Under the pieces are notes generated by a model. It saw nothing but the letters and a program-made list of their open reading frames with translations. It was not told where the DNA came from and did no database searches. A program made the translations under genes and the position numbers. Shown here piece by piece: positions 15,929-29,174 of a DNA stretch of 40,277 nt. The stretch is from Octopus sinensis (Eukaryota): positions 1 to 40,277 of the forward strand of contig NW_021835401.1 of NCBI RefSeq assembly GCF_006345805.1, written 5' to 3'. Position 1 is the stretch's first letter; each line of letters starts with the position of its first letter.

Positions 15929-17000
15929 CACCGCGAGTGTCGCGTTGCTCTCAAGCAACTCTGCCGTCCTGGGTCGACCTTAAGTGACTTCAACACAACC
16001 AAAGCATTCTATAGGGGTTTAGTGGAGGGGAGGTACGACGACGAGCTCGGGGCGAACCTGGACGTCGACGAGGAGTACCTGACCCGCCTGTTCAGGACGG
16101 CTTTCGGGCCAGGGCCCATGGACAACTTCCAGAGATCCCTGGCCTGGCAGTGCTACCGAGAAGCGCTAGCCGTTCGGGATAAGCTCTACAGACACGGCTC
16201 GAGAAACACGGGGCCGACCTGCCCGAGATGCAGTCAGAGCGACGAAACCGTTCTGCACGCACTCGTTCAGTGTCCAACAATTTCCGACCTGTGGGCTTAT
16301 GTCGAACAACTGCTGTCACGTGTGGGACGAGTCGGTTTATCAGCTGAGTCTATCGTCAATATTGTCACACCTCTTCCTTCAAACGGGAAGGAAGAGCTAT
16401 TTTCATCATCCTGTGCTATGGCGAAAGAATGTATCTGGTGGACGCGTCTGAAAGGATTGGAGACAAACACTTTCCTCTCTGGTCAATCTCTCATCAACTT
16501 CTTCAAGTACCACTTGAAAAGGAAAGTGAGAGTAGAGAGGCAAGTTTTGTCTAGCGAATGTTTTAAAAAAAGATGGGTGAATGTAGCAAGAATGGCACGT
16601 ATGAATGACGAAGCCACCTTGAGCATAGTCCTATGAACCCAGAAATCGAAAACAGAGAGTTGCTTATTTGCAAAAAAAAAAAAAAAAAAAATATAAAATG
16701 TGACTTCATTGACCGAGGTTACCGTGGTCTTTTCCGTAGGCTTTTCTTTCCACGGGTAAACCTCACCTGTCCTCCCCCTTTAAACTTCATATTGACATTC
16801 TGTGATAACGATCCCTATTGATCAATTTTTTTCCTCTCCCCTTTTTTAACCCCCCTTTTTTTGTCCTCTTTCTCTCCTTTTACGATCCTTTTGATCGAAA
16901 CTCCCTTTCCTTTTTTTTTTTTTTTTAAACCTTCAAAAGAAAAGCTCTACCTGTAATTTGTTCTATCTGTGTGCAGCCCTGTGTGGCTAATAAAGAAACA
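15929..17000 (+). mobile_element. Tx1 family A, copy A2 (5'-truncated, near-identical to A1)
   Basis: ORF 16022-16636 is the ORF2 C-terminus; 3'UTR matches A1; followed by (CTAT)(CTAC) at 17001-17032. Confidence 0.93.
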
Positions 17001-17032
17001 TATCTATCTATCTATCTACCTACCTACCTACC

Positions 17033-17244
17033 TTACCGTGGTCTTTTCCGTAGGCTTTTCTTTCCACGGGTAAACCTCACCTGTCCTCCCCTTTACACTT
17101 CATATTGACATTTCTGTGATAACGATCCCTATTGATCAATTTTTTTTCCTCTCCCCCTTTTTTTTTTAACCCCCCCTTTCTTTTGTCCTCTTTCCCTCCT
17201 TTTACGATCCCTTTTGATCGAAACTCCCCCTTCCTTTTTTTTTT
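17033..17244 (+). mobile_element. Isolated internal fragment of the family A 3'UTR
   Basis: Repeats TTACCGTGGTCTTTTCC...CGAAACTCCCCCTTCC(T)n of A1/A2, lacks the terminal tail and is fused to A3 ORF1. Confidence 0.88.
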
Positions 17245-18439
17245 CTGATGAACTAACGTTGACACCGAGTTACCTCGGCCAGAAGGTGACGAAAGTCATT
17301 ATCAGTGGTGTCCCCCAAGTGACTACCACACTGTGGATTACATCCGCTTTAACATCCGAAATGGAGGACTTAAACATCCTAGATATCGGTGTTTCGGAAA
17401 ACAAGGACTGGCTGGGAAAGAGAATAGAGTTCCTCTTCCACATAAGTCAAGAGGACATAAATAAAATCCCCACCCACGTACATCTTGAGGATGGCCGCAA
17501 GTTATACGTAGTAGTCGAGGGCAGAAGGCCACGATGCTATACATGTGGCAGTGAGGCACACCTCAAAAAGGAGTGCAAATCTGCCGCAAAATTACAACAA
17601 CAACAACAGCCACAGGAAAAATCACAAAAGCCAGGATTATTGCCCACACCACAATATGGACAGCTAGTCAAGAAGCTGTATGCGGAAATGCAGGAAAAAC
17701 AACAAAGAACAAGCCAACCCAACCAAACAACACCAACACCAGCGCCAAGAACAGAATCATCACCACCAACAACAAATAAACCAATTCCAACACCAAGAAT
17801 AACAACGAAGAAGACAAGTACCAAGGATGTAGGAGAGACAATAACCATAACAAACCCCCAGCAACACTCCCCGCCCACCACAACAATATCTACAACCGCA
17901 CAAACACACCCAGACGCTTTACCCTTGCCCCCTGCTGATTCGTCAGACTTTTCATCTAACGATGAAAGTTCGACAGAATGGCAAATAGCCACAGGGGGTA
18001 AAAGAAAAAGATCAAGAAAAACCAAACAAGAAATCGCAACCAAAGCAGGGAGATACCTGAACCTGAAAACTCCATACACAACAAAACAAGCACCAACACC
18101 ACAAAAACAATGCTATCAGCGATAGACACAAAAGACTCCAAACTAATGGAGTACATCACAGGATACACAAACATTTGTGAAGATGACTTTAAAAATAGCA
18201 ATCATCCACGCACTACACCACCCAAAACACATCAAAATACTACACATCACAAAAACACAACACCACAAACTCAAAGCCCTCTTCCCAAATGCTGTAGGGG
18301 TTTCCAGAAATATCTGTCCCAAAAACATATAAAAAACCTCCTCGAAGACACATCAAAGAACGAGGAAGCCAAAACTTTCGACACAAGTAAGCAGCTCTCT
18401 GTACTTTCATTTGTGTGTTTTAAAGCAACACCCCAATAG
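17245..18439 (+). pseudogene. A3 ORF1, partial
   Basis: ORFs 17214-18125 and 18110-18439 align with B ORF1 (DELTLTPSYLGQKVTKVII vs DEIIMVPYYKNQRVSRITI; DESSTEWQIATGGKRKRS). Confidence 0.85.
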
Positions 18440-18443
18440 AATC

Positions 18444-21400
18444 ATGGTCAAGATTGGTTGTGTGAATGCGCGTGGCTTGGGGTCTCCTTGGAAACAAGGA
18501 TACCTCCTAAATGACATCAAGTCACATGATTTGGGAATCATAGCCATAAGTGAGACCAGACTCCACGAGCCACGGGCCCTAAAGTCCATGTTTGGCGGAC
18601 AGTTTAACATTTATCGCTCCTGTCTGCCGAGGATGGCGGTAGTGGCACCGCGGTACTTTTTCACAAGAGCCTGGATCTCGAAGTCAAGACGATATTCGTA
18701 GACCCGGAGGGTAGACTGATCGTTCTGGATGTTGACGGCAGCAATGGGTGCGCTTTTCGACTCGTATCAGTCTACGCACCGCCCTTAAAAGGTCGGGCGG
18801 ATTTCTTTCGACGTCTAGAAGTATTCTTGGGAACGTCTCGTCCTTTACTCTTAGTGGGGGATTGGAATGCTACCTTGGACACGCATGTAGACTACGTGGG
18901 TAGAGACAGAAACAGAAGGGGAGGCAAATGCCTCAGAGACCTGCTCAGACGATTCCAACTGTCTGACAGGTACCGACTCGACCACCCAAATGCACCAACG
19001 TGGACATGGAGCAACCGCAGTGGGTCGTCGAGATCGTATCTAGATAGGATACTGTGTAGGACATAGACAAGGATAACTTAGGATGTCCACAATTCCACAC
19101 AGTCAGCTACACGGATCACAATTGGTGACGTGTACGCTAGACTTAGATAAGGCACATAGACAGGGTCCTGGGTACTGGAAACTGAACGCATCATTCCCGT
19201 CCAGACAAGTTTTCAGAGACCGGATTAGCACACTAGTAAGAGGGCTTTGACGGGAGCCATCATCAACAACAAATGGTGGTTTGCCCTCAAGAGAGCAGTA
19301 AAAGCAGAAGCGATTAGGTACAGCAAAGCACTAGCCATAGATAGAAATAGAGTAGAGGGTGAGCTAGTTAAGAAGCTAGAAGAGGCAATTAGAAGCGGCA
19401 TCGCATCCGACGTTTTGGCGGCGAGGTTGGCCCTCGACCAACACTTCAACGCAAAACACGAAGGATGTGCTGTCAGAGCTAGGATGCGTGCTCTAAGGAA
19501 CGAAGGTGTTGGAGCCGCGAGAGAGGCCCGGGTGGCAGAGGCGCAACAGGGCAACAAAACCACCATTCGGTCACTGGTAGATCAACAGGGGCGCGAATTG
19601 CTCGAGCCAAGTAAAATGTGTGAGGCCTTTCAGCAGCATTTTGCCCGACTGTTCGGGACGAGTGAGGGGCAAGAACGTAGGGTAGACTTCAGTGCCTACC
19701 TACATAGCCTGCCACGACTCTCGACAAGAAAGGCAGGGTGCTGCGAAGGTGCCATCACAGCGGCGGAAGTGCGGGAAGCGATGGCAGAATGCTCGAGGGA
19801 CAAATCACCGGGTTTGGATGGTCTACCCTACGAATTTTAATATTGTATGCCAGACTTGTTTGGAGACGTCTTGGCAGCGGTATACTGCAACTGGCAGCAA
19901 AACGGGAGCATACCCGGTTTTGTGAGTCGAGGAGTTGTAACTCTGCTGAAGAAAGATCCAAACAAGGGAAACATTATAGATAACTTTAGGCCAATCACTC
20001 TGCTCAATGCAGACCTGAAAATTTTGACAAAGGTGTTAGCCAAGAGGTTGGCGCTTGTCATGGAGAAACTGGTCGACAACGCACAAAAGTGCGCCGTGCC
20101 GGGCCGGAGCATCATGACAACCTCCATCTGATGCGCTACATCATAGACAGGGTAGTTAACGAACCTGGCATGGGTGGGGCCCTGATCAACTTGGATCAAT
20201 CGAAAGCCTTTGATAGGGTAGACCATCGATACTTGGAGGCAGTCCTGAGAGCGGCTGGTTTCGGTCCCGTCTTCCGCGGCTGGATAGCTGCCTTGTACAG
20301 GGGCATCCGTTCGGTAATCGCGTAAATGGACATCTATCGAGACCCTTCGACATTGCACGTTCGGTCCGTCAGGGATGCCCCCTCTCGGCGCTTCTATACG
20401 TATTGACTCTTGAGCCACTACTGCGGAAGCTGGCGACTCTGAGGGGCATCCCGCGAGAATTAGGATGCGGGATTAGCGTGTCTGCATACGCGGACGACGT
20501 CACCGTCATAGTGTCAAGCCACGAGCACATCGAGCGGGTCGGCGAGACACTGAAAGACTACGAAGCGGTGACAGGAGCAAAAATCAACCGGGAAAAGTCA
20601 TTGGGCTTGCGGCTCGGCACCTGGAGAAGCAAGCCCATGCCGTCCACCAGTACCTCCGTCGTGGGACGCTGGACAGACGGCCCGGTTGAGTTGCTCGGGG
20701 TCTGGTTCGGTCCGGACCTCCAAATGGAGAAGAACTGGAACGAGATAACGAGTTGGTTGGTCACTCTCGCCCAGCAATGGGCCGAGCGGAAACTGTCCCT
20801 AAAAGGTCGGGCGGAGGTGGTGAACGCGTACATCGCGTCCATCATCTACTACCGCCTGACCGTCGTACCTTGTCCCGACCCTACCATCACCAAACTAGAA
20901 CGCATCCTCTTCCGCTTCTTGTGGAAAGGATGCTTCCCGATGGTCAGGCGATCCATTTGCTGCCAACACCCGTTAAAAGGAAGGCTGGGCATGCCGTGGT
21001 TGATGATGCGCAGACACGCGCTGAGACTGCGACATCTCCGGCTCTATGTAGACGACGGTGAACAGGTGTGGTCGCCGTTTGTGAGGCACGCATTCCCGCA
21101 ACTCGTCTCCATGACCGAACTACAGTCGTGGATCAAAAAGAGGCCGAGGCAGGGCGAATGGCACCGCGCGAGTGTCGCGTTGCTCTCAAGCAACTCTGCC
21201 GTCCCGGGTCGACCTTGAGCGACTTCAACACAACCAAAGCATTCTATAGGGGATTAGTGGAGGGGAGGTACGACGACGAGCTCGGGGCAAACCTGGGCGT
21301 CGACGAGGAATACCTGACCCGCCTGTTTCAAACGACTTTCGGCCCGGACCTATGGACAACTTCCAGAGATCCCTGGCCTGGCGGTGCTACCGAGAAGCGC

Positions 21401-21873
21401 TACCCGTTCGGGATAAGCTCTATAGGCATGGCTCGAGAAACACGGGGCCGACCTGCCCGAGATGCGGGCAGAGCGACGAAACCGCTCTGCACGCAATCGT
21501 GCAGTGTCCAGCAATTTCCCACCTGTGGGCTTATGTCGAACGACTGCTGTCACGTGTGGGACGTGTCGGTTTATCAGCCGAGTCTATCGTTAATATCGTC
21601 ACGCCTCCTTCCTTCAAACGGGAAGGAAGAGCTATTTTTATCATACTTGTGGCTATGGCGAAAGAATGTATCTGGTGGACGCGTCTGAAAGGATTAGAGA
21701 CAGAACACTTTCCTCTCTGGTCAATCTCTCATCAACTTCTTCAAGTATCACTTGAAGAAAAAAGTGAGAGTAGAGAGGCAAGTTTTGTCTACGAATGTTT
21801 TAAAAAAAGATGGGTGAATGTAGCAAGGATGGCACGTATGAATGACGAAGCCACCTTGACTATGATTCTATGA
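18444..21873 (+). pseudogene. A3 ORF2 (APE-RT-zinc finger), frameshifted
   Basis: MVKIGCVNARGL, KSPGLDGLPYE, FRPITLLNADLKIL, LDQSKAFDRVDH, YADD, CPRCGQSDETALHAIVQC. Confidence 0.92.
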
Positions 21874-22248
21874 ACCGTAAAAATTAATACAGAGTTGTTG
21901 CTTATTTGCAAAAAAAAAGAAAAATAACATGACTTCATTGACCGAGGTTACCGTGGTCTTTTCCGTAGGCTTTTCTTTCCACGGGTAAACCTCACTGTTC
22001 TCCTCCCTTTACACTTCATATTGACATTTCTGTGATAACGATCCCTATTGATCAATTTTTTGCTCTCCCCCACACTTTTTTTTTATTTTTTATTTATTAA
22101 CCCCTCCATTTTTTTAGTCCTCTTTCTTTCCTTTTACGATCCCTTTTGATCGAAAACCACCACTCCCTTTTTTTTACCCCCTAAAGAAAAGCTCTACCTT
22201 GTAATTTGTTCTATCTGTGTGAAGCCCTGTGTGGCTAATAAAGAAACA

Positions 22249-22257
22249 TATCTATCC

Positions 22258-22321
<64 letters not shown>

Positions 22322-22351
22322 GCCTACCTACCTACCTACCTACCTACCTAC

Positions 22352-22382
<31 letters not shown>

Positions 22383-22485
22383 CTATCTATCTTCTACCTA
22401 CCTACCTACCTACCTACCTACCTATCTATCTATCATCTTCTCTATCTATCTATCTACCTACCTACCTACCTACCTACCTACCTAC

Positions 22486-22542
<57 letters not shown>
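22249..22542. repeat. (CTAT)n/(CTAC)n spacer between A3 and B2
   Basis: Directly visible. Confidence 0.98.
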
Positions 22543-22749
22543 CACTACGGACGTGCTATCACCTCGGCTCCCAAGGTAATCGTTTATTTTGACTATTTAT
22601 AGCCCATATTTTGTGTACATTTTTGTAAATAAGGTGTGTAAGGCACCCAACTTTCGTTTGAGTGCTTTTCCAAGGGAGGAATTCGCCCCTAGTGGCAGTT
22701 TCAACCCTATTAATTTGTGTATTTTTTTTCTTCTTCTCGACATTAAAAA

Positions 22750-24610
22750 ATGTCGAGAAATGTTATTGTAGAACGCTGGTCGCGTTCCTTTATGGACCAG
22801 CATTTTCGTAGTCTGGAAACGCTAGGAGAAAACAAGATCTTATGCACGCAAAGTGCAAACCTGAATGACGTGGTAGTGAACGCTGCAACCACTTGCGGTA
22901 ACAGCCCTGTCACCACCACCACCACCACCACCACCACTAACAACAACAACAACAACAACGAGACTACTACTGCTACCAGCACCACCTCCACCACCACCAT
23001 CACCATGACCAACATAAATGATAAAAATGAAACTCACGCGAATACTATTAACAAAAACAACAAGAACAATAATAAATATGAAATAAATATCTTACTATCT
23101 AATAGTGAAGATGTTAATATAAAAGAATCAACAACACCAGTAAATTTCGCTGACACTCTGCGTCAGAAAAAAGAAATAGTAAAATTTACGAATGAAGAGT
23201 TAATAGAAAGGAGAGCACTCTTTACAACACAAGGGCAGGATTTAGTGCTGCATACACCTCAACACATAAAGGAACAAATAGAAAATAAGACAATTATATA
23301 TAAATTATAAGAAAAAACAAAAAGCAAAATGAACAGATTACAAAGACGGATATAGAAAAGTGTTTAAAAAGCATAATTAAAAAAATATATATATATAAAC
23401 TGGGGTTCCCAGTTTAATACAGTGGTGGTCCGCTTCCCTAACCAGGAAGTGGCAAAAGCTCACTCTACAGAGTCTTTGGAAAATGATGATATCATCATGG
23501 TACCATATTACAAAGGCCAGAGAGTGAGCAGAATTAGCATTAAAAATGTACCCCCCGAGATACCTAACAAATGGATAACAGGGGCAATCTATTACCATTT
23601 GAAAAAGATAAATATATTAGAAACCGCCGCGTACAAAAACGACAGTTGGGGTGGTAAAACAATAGTAGTGACCATCCAGATTGAGGGGTCCTCTATCGAG
23701 AACTTACCTGATAGGATCCACTTAGAAAATGGGCAAAGCCTATATGTTGTAGCAGAAGGCAAAAGGCCTAGATGCTACAAATGTGGCAGCGCCAGAACAT
23801 TTAATTGCCAAGTGCACTCTGGCACAGAAAAACAAGAAAGAACAAATCAGAAAACAAATAAAAAAAAACGTTGTTGCCAACACCAACACCACACACTCAA
23901 TGCCAAGAAAAACAACAAACACCCCAACACATCACCAAGAAAAGAAGCAGTACCAACACATTCACCGTTGACGTCGCAACCAATTCAACATACTGAACCA
24001 AAAGATAGACCAACACAACACCACACCGAGGACGACAATTAAAAAGACAGAAACAGTGACGAGAAGACAAATTCTACCCCTAACAAACCACAACAACACA
24101 AACACCGCGCACAAAACATCAACAATTTCTGCAAGCATACATAGTAACGCAAATGCTTTGCCTTTACCCCCTTCTGATACGTCGGACGACGAAAGTTCGA
24201 CGGAACGGCAAATAGCCACAGGGGGTAAAAGGAAAAGATCAAAAAAGCCCACCAAACAAAGAAGTAAAGCAGGGAGATATTTAACTCCGGACAGCATCCC
24301 CCTAGACAATCAACAAATCAATGAACACGCAAAACCATACACACAACTAACTGCAATAGACACAGACAATAAAAAATTAATGGATTACGTTGCATCCAAC
24401 ACGGACATCTGTGAAGATGACTTTAAGACAAACACCACACCACCCAAACACATAAGAATTGTACACATAACACAAACACAACATTATACACAGAAAACAA
24501 TATTTCCAAATGCGGTAGGCGAGTTTCAACGATACCTCTCCAAAAAACTATACAAACACCTCATCAAAGACACCACAAAAGAAGAAGAAAATATGAAACT
24601 TTCGAAATGA
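22750..24610 (+). pseudogene. B2 ORF1, frameshifted
   Basis: ORFs 22750-23310, 23422-24042 and 24056-24610; MSRNVIVERWSRSF start; CYKCGS knuckle broken by a frameshift. Confidence 0.87.
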
Positions 24611-24684
24611 GTAAGTGACCTTCCCTCTTGCCTCTTGTCTCTTCCAATGTAGTGTGTGAAACACAATTTTCGTAAACGTCAATT

Positions 24685-27600
24685 ATGCTTAAATTAGGTT
24701 GTGTGAATGAGCGTGGCTTGGCGTCGGCTTGGAAGCAAGGTTACCTTCTAAACGACATCAAGTCACTGAACGTGGATATAGTAGCTATCAGTGAAACCAG
24801 ACTCAGCAAGCCGCGGGCTCTCGAGTCCATGTTTGGCGATCAATTTGACATTTATTTTTCTCCCTGTCTGCCGAACATGGGTGGTGGAGGTACCGCGGTG
24901 CTTTTTCGAAAGAGTCTAAATGTAAAAGTAAGAACAATATTCCTAGACCCGGAGGGTAGGCTGGTTGTCTTGGACGTGGATGGCAGAAATGGGTGTGCAT
25001 TCCGTCTGATGGCAGTTTATGCACCGTCCTTAACGGGTCGGGCGGATTTCTTCAGACGTCTAGAGGTTTTCCTGGGTACGTCTAGACCTTTACTGTTAGT
25101 AGGGGATTGAAACGCTACCTTGGACACGCATCTAGATTATGTGGGAATGGATAGGAATAGAAGGGGGTGTAAGTGCCTCAAAGACCTACTCAGACGTTTC
25201 CATTTGTCTGACAGGTTCCGACTCGAGCATCCGAACGTGCCAACGTGGACTTGGACAAACCGCGTCGGATCGTCGAGATCTTATCTAGATAGAATTTTAT
25301 GCAGGACAGAGGATAGGGATAGTGTAGGATGTCCACAATTTAAAATAGTCAGCTACACAGATCACAAATTTGTGACGTGTACGCTCGAGTTAGATAAGAC
25401 ACATAGACAGGGTCCCGGTTACTGGAAACTGAACACGTCGCTATTAGCGCGACAGGTTTACAGGAAGCGGATTAGCGAGTCAATTAAGAGGGCGCTGACG
25501 GGAGCCGTCGTTAACAACCGCTGGTGGTACGCCCTGAAAATGGCAATAAAATCGGAATCAATTAGGTTTAGCAAGGAATTAGCGATAGATCGAAATAGAG
25601 TAGAGGGAGACCTGGTTAAGAAACTAGAAGAGGCACTTACCACTGGCAGTGCAACCAACGTGCTGGCTGCGAGGATGGCCCTCGACCAACACCTCAACGC
25701 CAAGCACGGAGGTTGCGTCGTCAGAGCTAAAATGCGTGCCTTAAGGAAGGAAGGGATCGAAGCTGCGCGAGAGTCCCGGGTAGCGGAGGCGCAGCCTTGC
25801 AACAGAGACACCATTCGGTCTTTAATAGATCAACAGGGATGCAGTTTACTCGAACCCGAAAGGATGTGTGAGGCCTTTCAACAGCACTTTGCTCGACTGT
25901 TTGGTGCGAGTGGTGGGTCGGAACGTGGGATGGATTTCAGTGCCTACCTGACCGACCTGCCGCGGCTCTCGGCAAGAGAAGCGGAGTGTTGTGAAAGTCC
26001 CATCACAGCCGCTGACGTGTGGGATGCGATGGCGGGCTGCACGAGGGATAAGTCGCCTGGATTGGATGGTTTACCCTACGAGCTGTATTGTCAAATGCCA
26101 GACTTGTTTGGCGACCTCTTGGCATCAGTCTACTGCAACTGGCAACAAAACGGGAGAATCCCCGGTTTCGTGAGCCGAGGTGCAGTGACGTTGCTGAGGA
26201 AAGACCCCAACCAGGGGAATTTTATAGATTATTTCAGGCCCATCACTCTGCTCAACGCAGATTTGAAAATTTTGGCCAAAGTAATAGCCGAGAGGTTGGC
26301 GCTTGTCATTGATAAACTGGTCGACAGGGCGCAAACATGCGCCGTGCCGGGCAGAACCATACATGACAACCTCAATCTGATGCGCTACATTGTGGACAGG
26401 GTAGTTAAGGATCCTGGCATGGGTGGGGGCGATCAATTTGGATCAGTCTAAAGCCTTCGATAGGGTCGACCATCGGTACTTGGCGGCCGTCCTCAGGGCG
26501 GCTGGCTTCGGTTCCGTCTTCCGCGGTTGGATCGCTGCCTTGTATAGCGGCATCCGATCGGTGATTTGGGTGAACGGTCACCTGTCGAAACCGTTTGACA
26601 TCACACGTTCGGTCCGTCAGGGGTGTCCCCTGTCGGCGCTTCGGTATGTATTGACTCTCGAGCCGCTACTACGGAAGCTGGCGACACTGAGGGTCATCCC
26701 ACGGGAACTGGGTTGCGGGACGAGCGTGTCGGCATATGCGGACGATGTCACCGTCATAGTGTCGAGCGACAAACACATCCAGATGATAGGCGAGACACTA
26801 AGAAAATACGAAACGGTGACGGGAGCGAAGATTAACCCGGAAAAGTCAGTGGGTTTGCTACTCGGCACCTGGAGAAGCAAGCCCATGCCATCCGACTGCC
26901 GCTCAGTAGTGGGACGCTGGACGGACGGACCGGTTAAATTGCTCGGGGTCTGGTTCAGTCCGGACCTCCAAATGGATAAGAACTGGGACGAGATCATGAG
27001 TAGAGTGGTCGCTCTCAGCCAAACATGGGCCGAGAGAAAGCTGTCTCTAAAAGGCCGGGCGGAGGTGGCGAACGCGTACATCACATCCGTCATCGATTAC
27101 CGCCTGACCGTCGTACCTTGTCCCGACTCCACCATCACCAAACTGGAACGCATACTCTTCCGCTTCCTGTGGAAGGGTGGCGTTCCGATGGTGAGGAAGT
27201 CCATTTGCTGTCAACATCCGTTGAATGGAGGACTGGGCATGCCGTGGTTGATGATGCGCAGGCATGCGCTGAGACTGTGGCATCTCTGGAACTTCATCGA
27301 CGACGGTGAACAGGTGTGGGCGCCATTTGTGAGGCGCCTCTTCCCGCAACTCGTCCCCCTGACCGAACTGCAAACGTGGATCAAAAAGAGACCGAAATTG
27401 GGCGATTGGCACCGAGAGTGTCGCCAAGCTCTACAGCAGCTCTGCCGACCGGGGTCAAACTTGTGCAACTTACAAACGACTAAAGCGTTCTATAGAGGAC
27501 TAGTGGAGGGGAGGTCCGACGACACACTCGGGGCAAACCTGGGCGTCAACGAGAAATTCCTAACCCGCCTGTTCAGGACGACGTTCGGGCCGGGGCCTAT

Positions 27601-28105
27601 GGATAACTTCCAGAAATCCCTGGCTTGGCAGTGCTATCGAGACGCACTACCCGTTCGAGAGAAGAGCTACAGGCATGGTTCGAAAACCATCACCGGACCG
27701 ACCTGCCCGAGATGCGGTCAGAGCGACGAAACCGTTCTGCACGCACTCGTGCAGTGTCCAGATATTTCAGAGCTGTGGTCCTTCGTCGAACAGCTGTTGT
27801 CACGTGTAGGTCAGGCTCGCCTATCGGCCGAGTCTATCTGTCATATTGTTCCGCCACCTTCCTTTAACGGGAAGGGAAAACGGTTTTCGTTACGCTGATG
27901 GCTATGGCGAAAGAATGTGTGTGTGGACGCGTTTGAAAGGACTGCAAACAAACACCTTCCTCTCTGGTCAGTCTCTCGTCAACTTTTTCAAGTACCACTT
28001 GAAAAGGAGGATGAGAATAGAGAGGAAGGCTTTGTCGAACGAATGTTTTAATAAAAAGTGGGTAAAAGTGGCAAAGACGACACTATTTCAAGCATAAATC
28101 TGTAA
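24685..28105 (+). pseudogene. B2 ORF2 (APE-RT-zinc finger); in-frame TGA at ~25108 plus frameshifts
   Basis: ORFs 24685-25110, 25120-26451, 26423-27898 and 27846-28097 contain all APE, RT and CCHC motifs. Confidence 0.94.
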
Positions 28106-28415
28106 CGAAAAGAGACAACGAGAAGTAAGGCGACTTGCTCATGTGTTCTTTTTCGAATTGTCTGAGGTGACCTTGGTCTTTTTTGTAGGTTTTTCTTTCC
28201 AAGGCTACACCTAAACTGTGAACCTTATATATATATTATATATATATAATATATATATTATTTGCTTTTTTATACACCACACAACCCACAGATCCCTATT
28301 GATCAAACGTTGTTTTTTTTGTGCCCCACACATCCCACCTCGAAAAGAAAAAATTCTACATTGTACTTCGTCCATTTTTATTTTGTGTTTAGCCCTGTGT
28401 GGCTACAATAAAAAG

Positions 28416-28416
<1 letters not shown>

Positions 28417-28447
<31 letters not shown>

Positions 28448-28464
28448 ATATATATATATATATA

Positions 28465-28500
<36 letters not shown>
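28417..28500. repeat. (TATC)7 followed by (TA)n, right boundary of the nest
   Basis: Directly visible. Confidence 0.95.
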
Positions 28501-28503
<3 letters not shown>

Positions 28504-28507
28504 CGTT

Positions 28508-28880
28508 GTAAGTAGCTTGCTAACCAACCACATAGTTCCGGGTTCAGTCCCACTGCGTGGCATCTTGGGCAAGTGTCTTCTGCTATAGCCCCAGGCCGAC
28601 CAATGCCTTGTGAGTGGATTTGGTAGACGGAAACTGAAAGAAGCCTGTCGTATATATTTATATATATATATGTAAGTGTGTGTGTGTTTGTGTGTCCCCC
28701 TAGCATTGCTTGACAACCGATGCTGGTGTGTTTACGTCCCCGTCACTTAGCGGTTCGGCAAAATAGACCGATAGAATAAGTACTGGGCTTACAAAGAATA
28801 AGTCCCGGGGTCGATTTGCTCGACTAAAGGCGGTGCTCCAGCATGGCCGCAGTCAAATGACTGAAACAAGTAAAAGAGTA
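28508..28880 (+). mobile_element. tRNA-derived SINE family S2, slightly 5'-truncated, with internal (TA)/(TG) tract
   Basis: B-box-like GGGTTCAGTCCC, CTTGGGCAAGTG body, tail GGCGGTGCTCCAGCATGGCCGCAGTCAAATGACTGAAACAAGTAAAAGAG; matches 31996-32412. Confidence 0.8.
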
Positions 28881-29065
28881 ATATATATATGTATGTGTGT
28901 GTGTGTGTGTGCGCGCGCGCGTGTGTGTGTGTGTGTGTGTGTGTATATATTTAAATAATAAAGGTAAAAAATTGAATATTAACTTAATTAATATCAATTT
29001 AAACCAGTGGCCTAGCATATTGAAAAAAATCTGAAGATTCACAAAAAATAATATTACATACATAT

Positions 29066-29101
29066 TAGAGGGTGGTGGTCATTCCTCTTATATGTGTGTT
29101 T

Positions 29102-29132
<31 letters not shown>

Positions 29133-29174
29133 ACGAAATTTAGAGGACTGACCACTAAAAGTGGACACCCTGTA
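29066..29174. mobile_element. Decayed Tc1/mariner-type MITE with TA-flanked inverted ends around a (TG)/(TA) tract
   Basis: Left TAGAGGGTG-GTGGTCATTCCTCT vs reverse complement of the right end TACAGGGTGTCCACTTTTAGTGGTCAGTCCTCT. Confidence 0.45.

Larger units (their letters stand above)
17245..22248 (+). mobile_element. Tx1 family A, copy A3 (diverged subfamily, 5'-truncated within ORF1)
   Basis: ORF1 remainder with CYTCGSEAHLKKEC knuckle, complete frameshifted ORF2, A-type 3'UTR and tail. Confidence 0.92.
22543..28416 (+). mobile_element. Full-length Tx1 family B, copy B2
   Basis: Collinear with B1 from 5'UTR to tail; AATAAA at 28407-28412. Confidence 0.93.

Noticed and set aside
17245-17305. 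CTGATGA...CGAAA with nearby hairpins, resembling a hammerhead ribozyme core
   Set aside because: Stem II does not pair (ACTAAC vs GGTGAC), there is no stem I partner, and it lies in ORF1 coding sequence.
13030-27468. Minus-strand ORFs overlapping Tx1 ORF2, recurring in several copies
   Set aside because: They are shadows of a GC-rich coding strand with few antisense stops, have no recognisable motifs, and recur only because the copies are homologous.
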